From Candidatus Krumholzibacteriia bacterium (GTDB lineage: Bacteria > Krumholzibacteriota > Krumholzibacteriia > JAJRXK01), in assembly GCA_041484665.1 (NCBI GenBank), contig JBGPIA010000016.1:1-64000 (forward strand): a stretch of DNA of 64,000 nt. Reading direction: 5' to 3'. The notes beneath the pieces were generated by a model. That model did no database searches. It was not told the DNA's origin and worked only from the letters and a program-made list of their open reading frames with translations. A program made the translations under genes and the position numbers. Each line of letters starts with the position of its first letter. The first letter of the stretch is position 1. Positions 19,034-28,667 of this stretch are shown in pieces.

Positions 19034-20419
19034 TCAACGCAGCAGCAGGATGCTCCGGCTGGCCGCGCGCGCTGCACTCTCCACTCGCACGATGTACACC
19101 CCTGCTGCCACGCGCTGCGCGCTTGCATCGCGGCCATCCCAGAGAACCGCGCCGCTCGCCCCCGCCAACTGGAGGACGCGAACGCGCCGCCCTGCCAGGT
19201 CGTGGATCGTGAGCAGCGTCGTCTCGTCGGTGCCTGCGGCCGGGCCATCGGCGGCGATCTGCGGCTGCGCGGCGAACGTCAGATGGACGCTCTGCCGGAA
19301 CGGATTCGGAAATGCTTGCAGCGTCAGCATCGCACGCACCGGTGGGGCGGGCGGAGCGCCCACGTAGGCACAGCCCTCACCCAGCGCGCCGATCAGAGCC
19401 CCGCAGGGGCTGCGTCCCGGAAGGCATGCCGAGGCCTCGCCCAACGTGTACTCGCCGTCGGGCGTCGGCGCTGCGGCGCACGCCGCCGGTGCGCAGAACA
19501 GGGGATCTAAGGTCAGCGTGAGGTCGTACTGCGCGGTGGAGGTGCCGTCGAAGAAGGCACGCGCGGGGTCGATCAGCGAGCAGTAGAAGTGAAAGCTTCC
19601 GCTCACCTGGACGTAGACATCCATGCCGGTCGGACCAAAGGGGTAGCAGTTGCCCCATACGATGCAACGATTGAACTGGACGTCGGAGTCCCGGATGGAG
19701 AAAACCCCGCCGGATCCCCCTGAACCGTGGTTGCTCGTGATGGTCGTGCCGTTGAACGTCACGATCGACTGATTGCAAAAGACCCCGCCGCCCTCGTTGC
19801 CGTGGATGGCGCAATCGGTCACCGTCGCCAGCGTGCCGATCAAGCTCAGCGCACCCCCCGAGCCGCCCGAGTTTCCCTTCAGCACGCAGGCGGTCACGAT
19901 GATGTGGGACTGATCGGCGCTCACGGCGCCGCCGGAGCTCTGCGCCCGGTTGCCGACGAAGACGCAGTTGCGCACGTAGGGTCCCGAGAAGTTGCGGCAG
20001 CGCATCGCTCCGCCCGTGCCGGTGGTGAAATCTCCCACGGCCACCCCGTGGGTGACGGTGAACCCCTCGATCCGCGCAGGCCCGGGCAACTCGCCGCTGT
20101 GGAAGTCGAAGGCACGGTGGGGCTCGCTGTCTGATCCTCCGCAGTCGATGATCGTGGCGGCCGGTCCGGACTCGGACAGGACGACGATGCTCTTGCCGCC
20201 GAAGTCGATGTCGCGATTGCCGCTCCCGGAGTAGGTTCCGGCCGCGACCAGTACCGTATCGTCGGTGGCGGCCGCGGCGATCGCGAGCTGCAGCGTGGAC
20301 GCATCGGCCGGAACGTGCACGGTGGCCGCCTCGACCGAACGGGCGCCCCAGGGCACACCGATGCAAAGCCATAGCAGACGAGCCAACGACAGGCCGTTTT
20401 GCCGTCGACGAGCACTCAT
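19034..20419 (-). CDS. Secreted right-handed beta-helix (pectin-lyase fold) protein with FlgD-like CTD
   Basis: ATVHVPAD...DTVLVAAGTYSG..NRDIDFGGK, GGA repeats, DPLFC, PNPF...WDGRD...GVYIVR. Confidence 0.85.
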   Translation of the reverse strand: MSARRRQNGLSLARLLWLCIGVPWGARSVEAATVHVPADASTLQLAIAAAATDDTVLVAAGTYSGSGNRDIDFGGKSIVVLSESGPAATIIDCGGSDSEPHRAFDFHSGELPGPARIEGFTVTHGVAVGDFTTGTGGAMRCRNFSGPYVRNCVFVGNRAQSSGGAVSADQSHIIVTACVLKGNSGGSGGALSLIGTLATVTDCAIHGNEGGGVFCNQSIVTFNGTTITSNHGSGGSGGVFSIRDSDVQFNRCIVWGNCYPFGPTGMDVYVQVSGSFHFYCSLIDPARAFFDGTSTAQYDLTLTLDPLFCAPAACAAAPTPDGEYTLGEASACLPGRSPCGALIGALGEGCAYVGAPPAPPVRAMLTLQAFPNPFRQSVHLTFAAQPQIAADGPAAGTDETTLLTIHDLAGRRVRVLQLAGASGAVLWDGRDASAQRVAAGVYIVRVESAARAASRSILLLR

Positions 20420-20525
20420 GACCAGCCTCCCTTCCTCACCAGGAACACGCCAGGGCCCTCCAATGGCAGGCCAGCGGCGCAAGAAACCTTCGCTTGGCGT
20501 AGTCTGCAGGCCTGCGGCCCAGGAA

Positions 20526-20559
20526 GCCGTGTTCTCGGGTAGGCCGTATTCTCGGGTAG
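20526..20559 (+). repeat. Two tandem 17-bp direct repeats in a divergent intergenic region
   Basis: GCCGTGTTCTCGGGTAG followed by GCCGTATTCTCGGGTAG (one mismatch). Confidence 0.75.
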
Positions 20560-20619
20560 GATCGTGTGCGTCCTGAGGAGCCGAGCGCGCTCGTGCGCGC
20601 CCGGGGGGGAGGACCGCCC

Positions 20620-21282
20620 ATGGACTTCGACACCCGCGTCAAGCTTGCTGTCTATCGCGCGTTCGCCGCGACCGGGCAAGCGCCTGCCGGGGGCGAGCTG
20701 GCCGCCGAGCTGGCCGTCACGCCGGCGGAGATCCACGCCGCGTTCCAGCGCCTGCGCGCCAAGCGTCTGCTCGTCCTGGAGAGCGATGGGGCCAGGATCC
20801 GGATGGCTCCACCCTTCTCGGCCGTCCCAACTCCGTTTCGGGTGGGCGCCGCGGGACGGAGCTACTTCGCCAACTGCGTCTGGGATGCGTATGGCGTGGC
20901 CGCCGCCCTCCACTGCGATGTCGACGTCCGGGCGAGCTGCGGCTGTTGCAAGGCACCGATGGAGCTGGCCGTCCGCGACCGCAAGCTCGTCCCAAGCGCC
21001 GGCGTCGCCCACTTCGCGGTGCCCGCAGCGCAATGGTGGGAAGACATCGTCTTCACCTGAAGCACGATGCTCCTCTTCCGGTCGGAAGAGCATGTGACGC
21101 TGTGGTGCGAAGCGCGAGGCCTTCCCCTCCGCCCGCTCGTCTCCCTCGACCAGCTCTGGGAGCTGGCCCTCGCCTGGTACGAGAATCGGCTCACAGAAGA
21201 GTCGCGCCGGCCCGGGCCGGCGGAGATGCGCCAGATCTTCGCGCGGCTGGGGCTCTTGGACGCGTTCTGGGAGGTGCCGTGA
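20620..21282 (+). CDS. MerB-like organomercurial/organometallic lyase, predicted selenoprotein (UGA 21058-21060 = Sec147)
   Basis: N-terminal wHTH, MAPPFSAVPTPF, NCVWD (equivalent to MerB Cys96/Asp99), SCGCC. ORFs 20566-21060 and 21067-21282 are in the same frame, joined as DIVFT-UGA-STMLLFRSEEH, where UGA aligns with MerB Cys159. SECIS-like hairpin follows. GGAGG RBS before ATG 20620. Confidence 0.85.
21063..21096 (+). promoter_or_regulatory. Bacterial SECIS-like stem-loop
   Basis: CAC-G-ATGCTC-CTC-TTCC-GGTC-GGAA-GAGCAT-GTG folds into a long bulged stem. Its G-first apical loop lies about 20 nt after the UGA. Confidence 0.75.
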
Positions 21283-21433
21283 CCGGGCTGCCCGTGGACC
21301 GGATCCGCGCATTCTGGCGCGTCATCGGGCGCGATCGGGGACCTTGCGGCCGCCGTCCTGGGGTGTGAGTCTGTATCCTGGTTCCAGCGATCGGAGGCGC
21401 GCTGACCATGCCGGAGACGGAGGGACCTTGACC

Positions 21434-21931
21434 ATGCTCGAAGCGATCAAGCGACTTCTCAGCGGTCAGGCCACCGGCCAGGCCGCGCGACCGCAGCCCG
21501 ATCGTGCGGGCGAGTCGGACGAGCAACGCCTGCGCATTGCCGCATGCGCTGTCCTGCTCGAGATCGCCCACGCCGATGGCGAGTTCACGACGGAGGAGCG
21601 CGCTCACATCGAGGCGGCGCTGGTGCGCCACTTCGATCTCTCCACGACCGACGCGCGCGAGCTGATGGCGCTCGCCGAGGAGCGGCGGCGTGGGGCCGTG
21701 GACCTCTACCAGTTCACGTCGCTCCTGACCGCCGGCTACGACGAGGGGCAACGGCTCCTGCTGGCGGAGCTGCTGTGGCGGGTCGTATATGCGGACGGCA
21801 AGCTGTCGCAGCACGAGGACTACCTCATGCGCAGGCTCGCCCACCTGCTCGACCTGCGGCCTGGCTACCTCGCAGTGGCGCGCAACCGGGCGGTGCCCAG
21901 CCCGCCGGAGTCGCCGCCCGCCTCATCGTAG
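21434..21931 (+). CDS. TerB family (tellurite-resistance-like) protein
   Basis: AACAVLLEIAHADGEF...DLYQFTSLL...LWRVVYADGKLSQHEDYLMRRLAHLL. Confidence 0.88.
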   Translation: MLEAIKRLLSGQATGQAARPQPDRAGESDEQRLRIAACAVLLEIAHADGEFTTEERAHIEAALVRHFDLSTTDARELMALAEERRRGAVDLYQFTSLLTAGYDEGQRLLLAELLWRVVYADGKLSQHEDYLMRRLAHLLDLRPGYLAVARNRAVPSPPESPPASS

Positions 21932-22018
21932 TAGCGCCCGCACCACGTTTCCTTGCGCCGGAGCTCCCGGGCGCTTGCATCGTGCCGATCACGGCTGCGA
22001 CGATGCCCCGCTGGTCCG

Positions 22019-24418
22019 TTACCGTGGGGGAGCGCCGCTGTTCCCGTCAGCCTGCGCGTGCTCCAGCGAGTCCATCCGTGCCTCGACTTTCAACGCCTCG
22101 GTTTCGTTGCCCAAGGCGTGGAGCGTCTGGGAGAGCCCCTGCAACGCCCTCATGGTGTTGGCGTCATCCGGCCCGAGGGCAGCCTTCAACGCGGTGACCG
22201 CCCGTGCGTAGAGCGCGCCGGCGGATGCGTAGTCCTCCAGATCGTAGTTTGCTCCGGCGAGGTTGATGAGGCTGGAAGCGATGTCCGGATGCCCGGGGCG
22301 TAGTGCCTTCTCACGGATCGAGAGCGCTCGCTCGTAGAGACGCCGGGCCTCCTCGGCCTCCCCAAGCTTCGACAAAACATTCGCTAGATTGGTGAGGCTC
22401 TGTGCAACCGTCGGGTGGTCCGGTCCATACGCCTTCTCGCTGATGGCGAGAGCACGCTCATTGAGACGTCGGGAGCCCTCGACATCGTCGAGGTGGAGAA
22501 GAACACTCGCCAGATTGGTCAGGGGCGCCGCCAGATCGGGATGATCGGGCCCCAGAGCCTTCTCCTTGATCGCCACCGCCCGTTCGAGCAGCGGCCGCAT
22601 CTTGAGGTAGTCCGGGTCCTTCTGCCGAGCGTAGGTGATGGCGAGATTGATCAGAGTATTGGCGACGTCCGGGTGGTCGGATCCCAGGGTCTTCTCGCGC
22701 ATCGCCAGCGCGCGCTCGAGCAGGGATCTGGCCTGGGAGAGATCCCCCTCCTGTTGCGCGACCAGTCCCAGGTTGTTGAGACTGCGCGCGACCTCGGGGT
22801 GCTCCGGACCGAACGCGCGCTCGCGGATCGCCAGCGACCGCTGGTAGGCAGCCTTGGCCTCGGCCACGTCACCGTGTGCTAAGAACAGCGCACCGATGGA
22901 ATTGAGGGCCATGGCAACCTCGAGATGCTCGGCTCCCAGCGCCGCCTCGCGCAGCGCGAGGGCCTGCTCGAGCAGCGGTCGCGCCTGGTCGTAGAGACCA
23001 AGCTTGCGGTAGACGTCGCCCATCGTGAGCATCAGGCGGGCCTGGACGAGCGGCTCCTTGGGGAACCGCTCCCCGATCCGCTCGGCTGCCTGGTCGAGCA
23101 CCTGGCGCACGGACACATCGCGCCCCATCTTCGCTGGATCCACCGCGCCGAGCATGTCCGACAGGAAACTCGTGACCGCCTCCGACTCGTCCCGCGCCCG
23201 CTCGGCGCGGACGCGCTGGCGGTTCGACTCGACGAGGGCAAACGCAAGACTCAGCAGCACGACCCCTGAGACGGCAAGCGAAGTGCGGTGACGTTGGGCG
23301 AACTTGCGCAGGCGATAGGTCACGCTCGGAGGTCCCGCCAGCACCGGCTGGTTGTGGAGGTGGCGCTCGAGATCCGCCGCGAGCTCGGACACGGACTGGT
23401 AGCGCCGCGCGGGCTCCTTCTCGAGCGCCCTCATCACGATCCAATCCAGGTCGCCGCCGAGCTGGCGCCGCAGCGCGGACGGCGATGACCTGCGCCGCGT
23501 CGCGATGTCGTCCGCCAACTCGCCAAGCGAGCCGGCGCGCGTGCTGGGCTTGCTGGGCTCCTCCTCGCGGATCGTCCGGGCGATCGTCTCCCAGCTGGCT
23601 TGGCGCGTGATCCGGTCGCCCAGCGGCAGTACTCCCGTGAGCAGCTGGTAGAGGAGGACTCCGAGCGAATAGACGTCCGTCGTCGTCCCGATCTCCCCCG
23701 GCGTCGCCGCCGCCTGCTCGGGGCTCATATACCCCGGCGTTCCGATCCATTGGCCCACCGCCGTGAAGAGCGTCGGGTCGGTGGACTGCTGGGTCGTGGC
23801 CTTCGCCACCCCGAAGTCGATCACTTTCGGCAGGGGGTCGCCGTCGTGATCGGCGACGAGAACGTTGCTGGGCTTCACGTCGCGATGGATGATCCCGCGC
23901 TGGTGGGCGTGGTGGATCGCATGGCACACGAGGACGAAAAGCTCGATGCGCTTGGCGATCGAGAGCCGCTCGCGGTCGCAATACTCAGTGATGGGGATTC
24001 CCTCGACGTACTCCATTACGAAGTAGGGTCGCCCCTGCTCGGTCGCCCCGGCGTCGTAAACCTTCGCGATGTGCGTGTGGTTCATCAGCGCGAGCGCCTG
24101 GCGCTCCGCCTCGAAGCGCGCGATCACCTCGCGCGTGTCCATGCCAAGCTTGACCAGTTTGAGAGCGACCGTCCGCCGGATCGGCTGCTCCTGCTCGGCG
24201 AGGTAGACGGTGCCCATGCCGCCCTCACCGAGCAGCCGCAGCAGGCGATACGGGCCTACACGCGAGGGACGGGCGCGGTCCGATGCTGCCCCCGCACCCG
24301 GGTCCGTCTGCGAGCCATGCGGCGGAGCTCCCGCGGCTCCACCGCTCGCGCCCAGCGAGCGGGTCTTCTCGTCGGATTCGTTGCCGGCGATGGGGTTCTC
24401 GGGCGTGGGATCGAACAC
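22019..24418 (-). CDS. Hanks-type Ser/Thr protein kinase with C-terminal kinesin-light-chain-like TPRs
   Basis: LGEGGMGTVY, VALK, HRDVKPSN, IDFG, GTPGYMSPEQ, DVYSLG; one TM segment; repeated LGPDHP..A..LxNL units. Confidence 0.93.
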   Translation of the reverse strand: MFDPTPENPIAGNESDEKTRSLGASGGAAGAPPHGSQTDPGAGAASDRARPSRVGPYRLLRLLGEGGMGTVYLAEQEQPIRRTVALKLVKLGMDTREVIARFEAERQALALMNHTHIAKVYDAGATEQGRPYFVMEYVEGIPITEYCDRERLSIAKRIELFVLVCHAIHHAHQRGIIHRDVKPSNVLVADHDGDPLPKVIDFGVAKATTQQSTDPTLFTAVGQWIGTPGYMSPEQAAATPGEIGTTTDVYSLGVLLYQLLTGVLPLGDRITRQASWETIARTIREEEPSKPSTRAGSLGELADDIATRRRSSPSALRRQLGGDLDWIVMRALEKEPARRYQSVSELAADLERHLHNQPVLAGPPSVTYRLRKFAQRHRTSLAVSGVVLLSLAFALVESNRQRVRAERARDESEAVTSFLSDMLGAVDPAKMGRDVSVRQVLDQAAERIGERFPKEPLVQARLMLTMGDVYRKLGLYDQARPLLEQALALREAALGAEHLEVAMALNSIGALFLAHGDVAEAKAAYQRSLAIRERAFGPEHPEVARSLNNLGLVAQQEGDLSQARSLLERALAMREKTLGSDHPDVANTLINLAITYARQKDPDYLKMRPLLERAVAIKEKALGPDHPDLAAPLTNLASVLLHLDDVEGSRRLNERALAISEKAYGPDHPTVAQSLTNLANVLSKLGEAEEARRLYERALSIREKALRPGHPDIASSLINLAGANYDLEDYASAGALYARAVTALKAALGPDDANTMRALQGLSQTLHALGNETEALKVEARMDSLEHAQADGNSGAPPR

Positions 24419-24528
24419 GGCACCCCCTGAAGAGCTCTCTGCGCCGAAGCGCTACGTTGCGCGGTCAGGTCGGCGGGCGCGTCTGGCGCTGCGCGCGCGC
24501 CCTCGCCGTTACCACGCTTCGCGCCGCG

Positions 24529-24578
24529 CGGGACTATCTCACTCTCTGCACGGCACGGGACGATCTCACTCTCCGCGC
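24529..24578 (+). repeat. Imperfect tandem duplication with a 27-bp period
   Basis: CGGGACTATCTCACTCTCTGCAC and CGGGACGATCTCACTCTCCGCGC, encoding AESEIVP twice on the minus strand. Confidence 0.7.
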
Positions 24579-24944
24579 TGCGCAGCATGAACCAGTTCTG
24601 GACACCGAGCACCCAGCCTTCCGCCGTGACCCGGAAACCGAAGCGCTCGTAGAACGAGACATTTTCCAGCTTGTCGGTCTCGAGGTAGGCGAGCGATTTG
24701 CGGGCATCCATGTCCGCGCAGAAGGCCCGCAGCAACGCGCTGCCGACGCCCGTGCCCTGCAGGTGGCGCTCGACGCCGACGGGGCCAAGATGCCAATGCG
24801 GCTGCGCCGGATCCTGGCGGGACCAGCCTGCGGCCCAGCTCAGCATCCGGGTCGTCCCGCCCAGGCCGCTGCCAGCCACCAGCGCGTGGAAAAGCCTCAG
24901 CTTCTTGCCGGTCGTGGCCTGGCAGCGGCCGGATCTCGACCTGC
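24530..24944 (-). pseudogene. N-terminally truncated GNAT acetyltransferase
   Basis: PHWHLGPVGV...QGTGVGSALL...AYLETDKLENVSFYERFGF; the frame closes at about 24945 with no N-terminal half. Confidence 0.75.
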
Positions 24945-25189
24945 GTCAAGCGGCCCTCCCTATCGCGTCGGGCACGAGCACCAGTTTCGTGGACCCGGCG
25001 CTGGCGGTCTACAACGTTCCCGGTCGCCGGATGCGCTTGTTGGCCGATGGCGAGCAGACGGTGGGTGAGCACGCCATCCACTGGGACGGCCGCGGCTCCG
25101 CAGGCTCCTCGGTCGGCGACGGGCTCTACTCGGTGCGGCTCGATACCGCGAGCCACTCTACGACCGAGCTGGACGCTGTGATCCGCTGA
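24940..25189 (+). pseudogene. Orphan FlgD-like C-terminal domain fragment
   Basis: LAVYNVPGRRMRLLADG..TVGEHAIHWDGRG..G..VGDGLYSVRL resembles the CTDs elsewhere in the window, with no cargo domain. Confidence 0.65.
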
Positions 25190-25223
25190 TTTAATATGAC
25201 CGCTGACCGCGCGACCGCCGCGC

Positions 25224-25949
25224 CTAGCGCCGACGGCCGGTCAGGCGCAGCAGCATCAGAAAGAGGTTGATGAAGTCGAGGTACAGTCGCAGCGCGCCCA
25301 AGATAGCCAGCTTCGCTCCCGAATCGCCCACCGCGGCGCCCGAGCGCTGCATCTCCTTCAACCGTTGCGTGTCGTAAGCCGTCAACCCGACGAAGATCGC
25401 GATCCCAACGTAGGTAACAATCCACATCAGGGCTTCGCTGTGGAGCAGCATGTTCACGAACGATGCCAGGATCACGCCGATCAACCCCATGAACAGCAGG
25501 CTGCCCCAGCTGGAGAGGTCGCGCTTGGTGGTCATGCCATAGAACGTCATCGCCAGGAACATGGCGCTGGTGATGAAGAACGTGGCGGCGACCGATGCTC
25601 CGGTGTAGACCAGCAGCACCGTGGAGAGCGTGACCCCCGTGAGGGCCGAGTAGCCGACGAACAACAGAGCGGCGGTGCTGAAGGCCAACTTCTGGATGGC
25701 TGCCGACAGCACCACGACCAGTCCGAGCTGTGCGATGATCAGCCCGAAGAAGAGCAGCCGGTTTTGGATCAGGGCCCGCAGCAGGGTCTCGTTCCCGGCC
25801 ACCTGGTGGGCCACCAGAGCGGTGACGGCCAACCCGCCCGCCATCCAGGCGTAGACCCGCGTAAGGAACCCCGTCTGCTCCTGGACGACCGTAATTGGGC
25901 GGCCCGCGGCCGTCGGGCGCGTGCGGGACTCCTCGAATCCGTTGGACAT
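25224..25949 (-). CDS. Bax inhibitor-1/YccA family membrane protein
   Basis: FLTRVYAWMAGGL, TTKRDLSSWG, LTAYDTQRLK, GALRLYLDFINLFL; AGGAGG RBS. Confidence 0.93.
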   Translation of the reverse strand: MSNGFEESRTRPTAAGRPITVVQEQTGFLTRVYAWMAGGLAVTALVAHQVAGNETLLRALIQNRLLFFGLIIAQLGLVVVLSAAIQKLAFSTAALLFVGYSALTGVTLSTVLLVYTGASVAATFFITSAMFLAMTFYGMTTKRDLSSWGSLLFMGLIGVILASFVNMLLHSEALMWIVTYVGIAIFVGLTAYDTQRLKEMQRSGAAVGDSGAKLAILGALRLYLDFINLFLMLLRLTGRRR

Positions 25950-26299
25950 CGTCGCCTCCTGGAATGAGCGCCGGCCGGAAAGGGGAGCCCGCCGGACGGT
26001 AGGATGATAGTATGTCACCCACCGATGCGCGAGCCGCAGGGGACCCAGGGCTCGAGCGAGCCCATGGCGCCGCCGTGGGGATGCCGATTTCGCAGGATCA
26101 ACCGCCGACCCCTCCCGCTGAGGGGGGCCACAACCGCTCTGGGCCCTGCGGCGCGGGGCAGCCGACGGAATCCGATGCCCATTTTGTAAAAAAGCGGGCT
26201 CCGCGCGTAACCTTTCGCCGATGCGATCAGTAAGACGCCCAAGGCCCGCAGGGCATCACCCGTCCGCGTGGTCACCCCCGAAGCAGGTGCACGAGTCGC

Positions 26300-28570
26300 A
26301 TGGCGCCACCAGAGCTCGGGCGTAACCGCGCCATTCTCCCTGCCCTGACGATAGCGCTTGTCCTGTACGCCCCAGCTCCGGCGTCGGCGCAGGTCACCGC
26401 CGCATACGGTCCACCGATCGAGGTGATGCACATCGACGGCGAGATCCGCGTCGATGGAGCACTCGATGACCCCGTATGGAACGCCGTGCCGCGGATCGAC
26501 GGCTGGCTCGAGACGAACCCTGGCGACAACCTGCCGGCCTCGGTCGGCTGCAGCGCCCGCATCGCGTACGACGGCGAGTTCCTCTACGCCGCGTTCGAGT
26601 TCGACGACCCCGATCCGCGGGCCATCCGCGCGCCGCTGGGCGATCGTGACAACGTTCCGAGCTCCACGGACTACGGCGGCATCATCCTGGACGCGCGCAA
26701 TGACGGGAAGACCGCGCAGATGTTCCTGGCCAACGCGCGCGGCATCCAGTACGACGCCATCACGAGCGATGCGTCCGGCGAGGACAACTCGCCCGACTTC
26801 TTCTGGGAGGCGGCCGGTCGCAGCACCGCTCGCGGCTGGCAGCTCGAGATGCGCATTCCATTCTCGTCGATCCGCTACGTGGGATCGAACCCGCAACAGT
26901 GGGGCATCCTCCTGTACCGGAATCGTCCGCGCGATTTTCGCTACCAGTACTTCTCCTCGCGCCTTCCACGCGACCGCCCTTGCTTCGTCTGCAACGGCCG
27001 GCCCGTGGTGGGACTGCACGATCTGCCCTCCGGCAGTCACTGGGTCGTGGCGCCGTACGCGAGCGCGAGCCAAGGGGCGCGCCCACAAGGCGACCTGGGC
27101 TCACCACTGCGGTGGGACGACGCGAAGTACGAGGGCGGCGCGGATCTCAAGTGGCTGCCGAATCCCGAGACCGTGGTCGATGCCGCGATCAATCCCGATT
27201 TCTCGCAGATCGAGTCCGACGAGGGCAAGATCACCGCCAACGAGCGGTTCGCGATCTATCAACCCGAGAAGCGGCCGTTCTTCCTGGAAAGCGTCGACCT
27301 CTTCTCGACCCCGATCACCGCCGTCTATACGCGGAGCTTCACCGACCCACGCTGGGGAGGACGGGCGACAGGCGGGTCCGAAACGATGAAGTATACGGTT
27401 CTGGTCGGCCAGGATCAGGGTGGCGGCAGCGTGGTCCTGCCGGGGCCGCGCGACTCCCACTCCGCCCACCAGGACTTCCCCTCCTGGGTCGCGCTCGGAC
27501 GCATCCGGAAGGACCTCGGGCTCTCTTCCCTGAGCCTCCTCTACTCGGGGCGCGAGATCGAGGGCGGCGGTTCCAATCGCGTCCTGGGACCCGATTTCCA
27601 ATGGCGGCCCAACGAGCAATCGACGCTGACCGGGCAGCTGCTCTGGAGCGCCAGCAAGACGCCGGATCGGCCGGCCCTCGCCTCGCAATGGGATGGCCGG
27701 GAGCTGAACGGCCACGCCGCCGAGGTGTGGTACTCCTGGGCCAACCGGCGATTCGATTTCTTCGGAGTGTACGACGATGTGGCGAACGATTTCCGTGCCG
27801 ACAACGGCTTCGTCCCCCGCGTCGGCTATCGCTCGGGCCGCATCGACACCGGTCGCACCTTGCGACCCAAGTCAGGTCCGGTGCGACGGCTGCGGCTGTT
27901 CCTGCAGGGGGAAGCCAGCGATGACCGCGATGGCGTGACCCTCACGCGTTGGATCGGTCCGGGCTTCGGCATGGACGCCCTATGGAATTCGTTCGTCCGC
28001 GTCGAGTTCAACCGCGACGAGGTCCGGGGGCAAGAGAATCTGCACCAGCGCTTCTTCGTGGCTCCGCAACTCGAGATCCGGCCCGGGAAGATCATCAACG
28101 ATCTGATCATGAGCGGCTCGTTCGGTGATCAGATCGACTTCGACAACGATCGCGATGCGACGGGCGGGGACCTCCAGGCGAGCGTGGACCTGCGCCCGAC
28201 CGACCGTTTGCGCGTCACGATGTCGTACCGCCGCCGCTGGTTGAATGTCGACGCCGGTACGGCGGGCAAGGGTCGCTTGTTCACAGCCAAGATCCCGCGC
28301 GTACGCGCCGTGTATACGTTCAGCTCGCGCGCCTGGCTGCGCCTGATCGGCGAGTGGAGCGATGTCGATTTCCGCCCGGAGCTCTGGACCTTCGCGGTCG
28401 ACCCGAAGAGCGGCGATTTCGGTGGGTCGGCGGTCTTCGCCTACAAGCTGAATTGGCAGACGGTCCTCTTCCTCGGTTACTCCGACGCCCGGTCGCTCGA
28501 CGATGGCGGCGTGATGCGCCCCGCCGAGAAGCAGGGGTTCTTCAAGCTCTCGTACGCCTTCCGCGGCTGA
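26300..28570 (+). CDS. CBM9-like/DUF5916 outer-membrane protein
   Basis: VDGALDDPVW, LEMRIPFSSIRY, NPDFSQIESD, EKRPFFLE, and a C-terminal FFKLSYAF beta-signal-like end. Confidence 0.88.
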   Translation: MAPPELGRNRAILPALTIALVLYAPAPASAQVTAAYGPPIEVMHIDGEIRVDGALDDPVWNAVPRIDGWLETNPGDNLPASVGCSARIAYDGEFLYAAFEFDDPDPRAIRAPLGDRDNVPSSTDYGGIILDARNDGKTAQMFLANARGIQYDAITSDASGEDNSPDFFWEAAGRSTARGWQLEMRIPFSSIRYVGSNPQQWGILLYRNRPRDFRYQYFSSRLPRDRPCFVCNGRPVVGLHDLPSGSHWVVAPYASASQGARPQGDLGSPLRWDDAKYEGGADLKWLPNPETVVDAAINPDFSQIESDEGKITANERFAIYQPEKRPFFLESVDLFSTPITAVYTRSFTDPRWGGRATGGSETMKYTVLVGQDQGGGSVVLPGPRDSHSAHQDFPSWVALGRIRKDLGLSSLSLLYSGREIEGGGSNRVLGPDFQWRPNEQSTLTGQLLWSASKTPDRPALASQWDGRELNGHAAEVWYSWANRRFDFFGVYDDVANDFRADNGFVPRVGYRSGRIDTGRTLRPKSGPVRRLRLFLQGEASDDRDGVTLTRWIGPGFGMDALWNSFVRVEFNRDEVRGQENLHQRFFVAPQLEIRPGKIINDLIMSGSFGDQIDFDNDRDATGGDLQASVDLRPTDRLRVTMSYRRRWLNVDAGTAGKGRLFTAKIPRVRAVYTFSSRAWLRLIGEWSDVDFRPELWTFAVDPKSGDFGGSAVFAYKLNWQTVLFLGYSDARSLDDGGVMRPAEKQGFFKLSYAFRG

Positions 28571-28667
28571 ACACCGCCCGACCCAGGAAGCGGTCGGCTG
28601 CCATCTTCCAGTGGCACGCGCGTTTTCCCCCGCCGGGGGCCCGGGAGCGGAGCGCGCGAATTTCCGC

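Noticed and set aside
20566..21282. Two separate small genes or a nonsense pseudogene
   Set aside because: The stop is UGA at the catalytic Cys column, the frame continues cleanly and a SECIS-like hairpin follows.
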